Below are positions 59,117 to 64,000 of a DNA stretch of 64,000 nucleotides, piece after piece. Position numbers and translations under genes: made by a program. The DNA is taken from positions 6,582 through 70,581 of the forward strand of contig JAHLWZ010000858.1 of NCBI GenBank assembly GCA_020536535.1, read 5' to 3'. Every line of letters begins with the position of its first letter. Position 1 is the stretch's first letter. A model generated the notes under the pieces. It saw nothing but the letters and a program-made list of their open reading frames with translations. It was not told the origin of the DNA and ran no database searches. Source of the stretch: Pelomyxa schiedti (taxonomy: Eukaryota; Protista; Evosea).

Positions 59117-61610
59117 ATGTCGGCCGACAGTGATGCTGGAGCACCGACATCTGTCCAACCAAATCCAAAGAGACGGAGGGTTGGCATTACTTCCCTGCTT
59201 AAATTAATTTAACCCCCTCGCGCCCACGATTTAGTATTTGTTTCCATTTCTTTTTTTTTTTTGTTAAACGGTAAACGAGCTTTATAACTGACCTTTGTGC
59301 ACTAGGTCGAAGAAGGGGGTGTTGTTGCATCGCCTATTTCACCTGTTGATGCCACCACTGTGAAACAGACGGCACCCGAGATCTCTGAAAGATCTGCTTC
59401 TTCTCCCACTCCTGCATCTGCTGGCTCGAAGAAGTACCGGCAAAGGATCTTGGGCCACGACGAAGATCTGCAGGTTTCCGAGGCCTCAGACAACAAGTCC
59501 ACTTCGTCTGCCGCAAAAAGTGAAACTCCCAAGAGCGGTGAGGATAGTGATGTGGAAGAAGGAGAAGAGAGACAACCAAGAGGAAGTGAACGAGAGCGTG
59601 AGCGATTTGTGGAACGAAGGCGAGAAGAAGCTGCCACTCGCAAGGGAGAAGAAATCACCCAAAAGATGAAAGAGAGTGTGACTGAAGTTGATAAAGTCAG
59701 AGTCAAGAGAGAGGTCATACACCACCATGGAATCGTGGTGAGAAGCGCGGTTCTCAGTAAAAGTGACACAGTTAACAACTCTGATCAGGCCACTTCTTCC
59801 ACAACCTCTACAACCACTGTGGCCAAGAAAGTTCAAGCACAAATTGTTGACAGCAAAGCCAAAACAGACGTAATTGTGAAGCAACTTTCAACTGCATCCG
59901 TTACCAAGGGAAGATCAAGTCCAACAAGAGATGACGGGAAGGAGCGTGGTAACCGTGATAGAGAAAGAGAGCGGGAGCGGGAGAGGGAAAGAGATAGAGA
60001 TAGAGATAGAGATAGAGATAGAGATAGAGATAGGGACAGGGATAGAGACCGTGACCGTGACCGTGACCGAGACAGAGACAGAGACCGGGAGCGGGAGAGG
60101 GAGAGGGAAAAGGAAAGAGAGCGAGAAAGGGAAAGGGAGAGAGAAAGGGAGAGAAACAGGGATAGAGACCGAGACCGAGAGAGGGAGCGAGAAAGAGAAA
60201 GGCGAGAGGTGAGAAGAACAACGAGAAGATCTCATAGCAGGAGTACGAGTAAAGGCAGAAGTCATAGCAGAAGTAAAAGTGCTGGCAGAGACCCATTGAG
60301 AGCATCCAAAGGAAGCCCTAGTGATGAAGCTGGGAGAAAGCGACCCCGTGAAGATAGAGAGAGTGACGGTGAAAGAGACCGGGCCATAGAACGGGACAGA
60401 AGAGATGGTGATAGGCCAAGATCATCACGGAGGGAGATGGGTGACATGTTACGTACCACCAAAACAGGCAAGAGTGAGACTGACAAAGACAATGGAAAAA
60501 GCAAAGAGAAGGAGGAAGTTGATGATGAGAAAAGAGTAACAGAACCAGACAAAGGAATCAAGCCAAGAAGGAGGTCACGTGGTATGTAAATAGTTGAGAT
60601 GGAGAATAAAAATTTACCTCTCCTGTAGATAGGCACAGTCCAAAAAAAACGAGTTCTTCGATTCAACAACTTATTTTGGAGGAGCAGAGGCATAAAAGAG
60701 AATCTACCGATAGCACATCGCCTCCTCCCTCTAAAACGTACAAGAACACAGAGTACACCTTACTATTTTTCTTGATTACAAACCTCATGAATCTCCCAGA
60801 GAGGCAGACGCTCCTCCCCCTGTGAAGAAAGAGAAGCCTGACTTTAAACCCTCAGGAAAGCTTCTAGAAGACACACAAAGTGTTAATGGAAGAAAGCTTC
60901 TTTTTTCAGAACCGCGTGACACAGCACTGCCAACCAAAAAATGGCGATTGTACATTTTCAAAGCAAATACTCTTCTTGGTGTGCTTCTTGGCGTGTTCTC
61001 TTTCCTTCTTGACACCCACTTTTCCAGACCCAATCCAAGTCTATCGGCAACCATGTTACCTGTTTGGCCGAGACCGAGGGGTGTGGTTATCGTATCTTTA
61101 AATTGTAACTCTCACAAAACACACTGCGCATTTGGTCAGTGCATTTACGAGATGACGCCACCCAACACACAAGTAAATTCCCTTTTCACATTTCTAAGAT
61201 TGCGGATATCCCACTCGATCACCCATCTTGTTCCAAACAACATGCTGTGTTGCAATTCAGGCTTGTGGATGAACATACAGCTGATGGTGAAGTACTCAAA
61301 GTTGTGAAGTATTATCCTTTCCCCTTTGCTCTTCACATGTGACCACCAAAAAAGACCATACATTTTGGACCTGACTAGCACCAACAAGACCTTCCTTAAT
61401 GGAAGGGCAATTGACCCCAGAATGTACATCGAGCTCAGGGAAGGTGACGTACTACACTTTGGTCTGAGCACTAGAGACTTTGTATTGCTCCATGAGGACT
61501 CTGCAGCTGCAATGGAGGCTGAAGAAGCCAATGCCGCATCAACCACCACAAGTTCCCCAAGCACAACAACCACAACAGCAAAGAAACCAAACCGTTGGGC
61601 TGATGACTAA
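59117..61610 (+). CDS. SNIP1: SNIP1/Pml1/DAWDLE-like FHA splicing factor (RES complex) with RE/RD-rich region
   Basis: KEKPDFKPSGKL, FSEP..KKWRLYIFK, YLFGRDR, DHPSCSKQHAVLQFR, PYILDLTSTNKTFLN, FGLSTRDFVLLHE. Confidence 0.9.
59952..60205 (+). repeat. Coding hexamer microsatellite (GATAGA/GACCGT/GAGAGG)n encoding an RD/RE dipeptide tract
   Basis: Visible tandem gatagagataga and gaccgtgaccgt arrays. Confidence 0.9.
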
Positions 61611-61739
61611 TCATAATGCCCAAATACCCCCAAAATAAAGTTTGGACATCATTATTTGGTTCCTTTTTTTTTCCGAAACAAACATTCAAATAGACCTAAT
61701 GTAAACACGAGTTTCTTATTATTTTAGATTGGTGGTGAC

Positions 61740-62670
61740 TTAGAATATAGCAGCAGTGGTTGAGGCATTTGTCAAAATTGCTCCCACCAGAGAAGCGTGG
61801 GTGAAGTTTGCCTGTTGTAGGTTTGCAGAAGTGAGGTCAGTTCTGTCCAGGTTGGCGCCCTGGACGGCAGCCTGGTAGAGGCTCGCAAAGGACAGGTTCG
61901 CGCCAGTCAGGATTGTCTGCCTCAGAATAGTAGCAGTGAGAGTGGCCTGGGACAGATTGGCGCCGCTCAAGTCGGCGCCGGTGCAGTTGCATTGCTGCAG
62001 GTGGGCGTGGTGCAGGTTGGCGTTCTGCAGGGAGGCCCGCGAGAGGTCGGCGCTGTCCAGGTTTGCGCCGCTGAGGTCGCAGCCCGAGAGGTTCGCGTCG
62101 GCGAGGCAGGCGTTCGCGAGGTTTGCGTCGTGCAGGTCCATGCCGCTCATGCACACGTGGGTCAGCATGGCGCGCTCGAGCGAGGTGTGGCGCAGCAGCG
62201 GGAGCTGGCGGAGGTCGCAGCCCGGGAGCTGCAGCGACGGCGACGCGGGCTGCTGCAGCTGCCCGTGCTGCGAGACGCCCAGGCCCAGGCCGCAGGCCGC
62301 GCGCTGCGCGACGTTGCACAGCACCAGGAACTCGCGCGGCGTCACCACGTGGTACTGCTCGATGTTGCACGGCAGCGCGATGCAGTAGAACGCGGCCTCG
62401 CGCGCGATGACCGCCGGGTCGACGTGGTGCGGCACGTGGAGCTCGCCGGTGCGCAGGAAGTCCAGCAGCGGCTCGAAAAGCGAGCCGTTGCGGTCCAGGA
62501 AGAACGCCCCGGTGTCGTCCCGTATCGACGGCATCCGGCCGCTCAGCAGCCCCGAGAAGAAGTTGTCCCCGCTGTGCGTCTTTGTCAGCGTGGCCGCCGT
62601 TGTCACAAACATCTTGCCGCCAATGTTGAGCCTTATGAGCTCCGTGGTTTTGAGTGTCGGTGACAGCGGC

Positions 62671-62702
<32 letters not shown>

Positions 62703-63113
62703 TTGTTGTTGTTGTTGTTGTTGTTGTTGGTTACTAGTACAAACGGTAGCCAGGGACACAGTGGGGCAGCACTGTTGTCCCTGCTGGTCCAACGACGCCG
62801 CTGACTTGTTGCTGTGCCTCCTCCTGTGCTTGTCCCTCGACCCCACGCCCGACGTCGACGGCGAGGGCGGCGACGTCGAGAAGGACCGCTCAGGCTGCTC
62901 TTGCTTGTCGGTGAGCCCCGTAGCCAGATCCACCGACGCAGAAGGGAGAGGGGGAGGAGGACACGCAGCAGAGGAAGTGGTGGTCGTTGTTGTTGTGGTG
63001 TGTTGCTGTTGTCGTTCGCGAAGGTGCTGCTGGTGGCACTGACAGCTGCAGTGGAAGCACGACGAAGCGGAGTCGCTCGAGGTACTGATCGTCCGTTGGT
63101 CCGCCATCACCAT
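61740..63113 (-). CDS. KCTD9-like BTB/POZ (T1) + pentapeptide-repeat protein, intronless
   Basis: IRLNIGGKMFVTT..FLDRNGSLFEPLLDFLRTG..EAAFYCI, followed by A(N/D)LxG pentapeptide repeats. Confidence 0.9.
62670..62729 (-). repeat. CAG/CAA coding trinucleotide repeat (polyQ, about 20)
   Basis: (tgt/tgc)n run on the plus strand within the BTB gene. Confidence 0.85.
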
Positions 63114-63260
63114 CAGCCGAGACTCAAGAATACCGAGACTCTGGATTCGCAGTGGGTGATCGCTTCCTCAACCGGCACGAACGGAGGTGCTATTCCGGGC
63201 ACCTTCTTGTTCTAGGCTCTGAATCAGGAGATCCGAATCTTCGCTGCGCTGAAATGCCCG

Positions 63261-64000
63261 TTAATTAACGGATTCCCAGAAACACTCACTAACACAAAGT
63301 ATACAATAAAAAGCACACAAGACCAAAATGCACCGCTGCAGCTCCAGAGTGCAACCAACAACCAACGACGAGGAAGCAGCTGTAACCACAGTCAACAGCG
63401 CCTCTACATTGCAGACAGGGACTGGGGCCAGCACACCAGGGATGATAATACCACCCAGTGTCCTTCCTCCCTCGGGAGTACGAGCAGGAGGCATGCGACG
63501 ACGAGGCGTGCATGCGTGAGGTGAGGCAGATGACGGACAAGTCCAAGAAACGGGGATGGTGCTCATCATCTTCGGGGTACTTGTCACGGGGCTCCGTTCC
63601 TTTCAGTCTTGTGATGACAATCAGTTCAGTGTGTAAATGTGGCGGGTGCTAATATGTTGTGTTAATGGTGTGCGATAGGTACTGCTTGTGATGGCTCCGT
63701 GTAGTATAGTGTGGGCTATATCGTATGATAGGGCAGATTCCAGTGTTGACGTCATCTCGGAAAACCTGGTTGCCTCTTTGTCAAAAAACGTGCGTGATAT
63801 CGTTGCTGGAATTGTGAGTGACGTGGATACCAGCCTGGCTTCTGAGGTATGTACTAGGGAGCAGCACTCTCACTCGTTCATGGGTCTCACTGACTTCCAA
63901 GGTGGAATGGATTCGCTATAGACAAATTGACATGAATTCCTATTCACAGTGGGCCAGCGTTCTACGACCCAGATACGTTCATTTTGCCATGACTTCATCG
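63261..64000 (-). CDS. 3' part of a hypothetical gene with a Cys-rich hydrophobic C-terminus, runs off the window
   Basis: Open exons (EARLVSTSLTIPATISRTFFDKEATRF...) and terminal CILVLCAFYCILCVSECFWESVN. Exon joins unresolved. Confidence 0.4.

Noticed and set aside
59952-60205. Tandem repeat as a CRISPR or telomeric array
   Set aside because: It has no spacers and is an in-frame coding low-complexity tract of SNIP1.
59302-60693. Antisense and alternative-frame ORFs (SISI/EIEI tracts)
   Set aside because: Artefacts of the RD/RE hexamer repeat.
61837-63215. Multiple long overlapping ORFs on both strands
   Set aside because: GC-rich shadows of the BTB-pentapeptide gene.
1-64000. Prokaryotic operon, prophage or alternative genetic code interpretation of the fragmented ORFs
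   Set aside because: Breaks in conserved proteins are resolved by short GT/GC-AG introns, and long exons read through with the standard code.

Overview
This is gene-dense eukaryotic DNA with many short (about 30-60 nt) spliceosomal introns, so the six-frame ORFs are mostly exon fragments. The gene content (SHK-type kinase-SH2, MrfA/MYRF, AOAH, BTB-pentapeptide, Kelch-F-box-Ras, expanded intronless orphan families) points to an amoebozoan. An archamoeba such as Pelomyxa is my best inference, not a proven identification. I reconstructed about 27 protein genes by hand-splicing, including AOAH, MYRF, dimeric cytidine deaminase, VPS15, MED8, SHK kinase, a TRNAU1AP-like RRM protein, a ZIP transporter, a six-C2 protein, a RhoGEF, SNIP1 and a KCTD9-like protein. 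There are two duplicated pairs. The most striking locus is a roughly 9 kb minus-strand gene (46499 to about 55900). It splices into one polypeptide carrying a toxin-type ParB-like domain, a Sen1/Upf1-type SF1B helicase, a RelE-like domain, a UvrD-type SF1A helicase and TPR-like repeats, which makes it a candidate single-chain nucleic-acid-sensing immune effector. Other highlights are a Kelch-F-box-pseudoRas-CAAX fusion, a patchwork-diversified Sel1 tandem pair, a shared H-x-R-C-G-x-x-S degradation-adaptor-like motif, and an AOAH with an altered active site. No rRNA, tRNA, CRISPR array or intact transposon was recognised. All exon structures are manual inferences.
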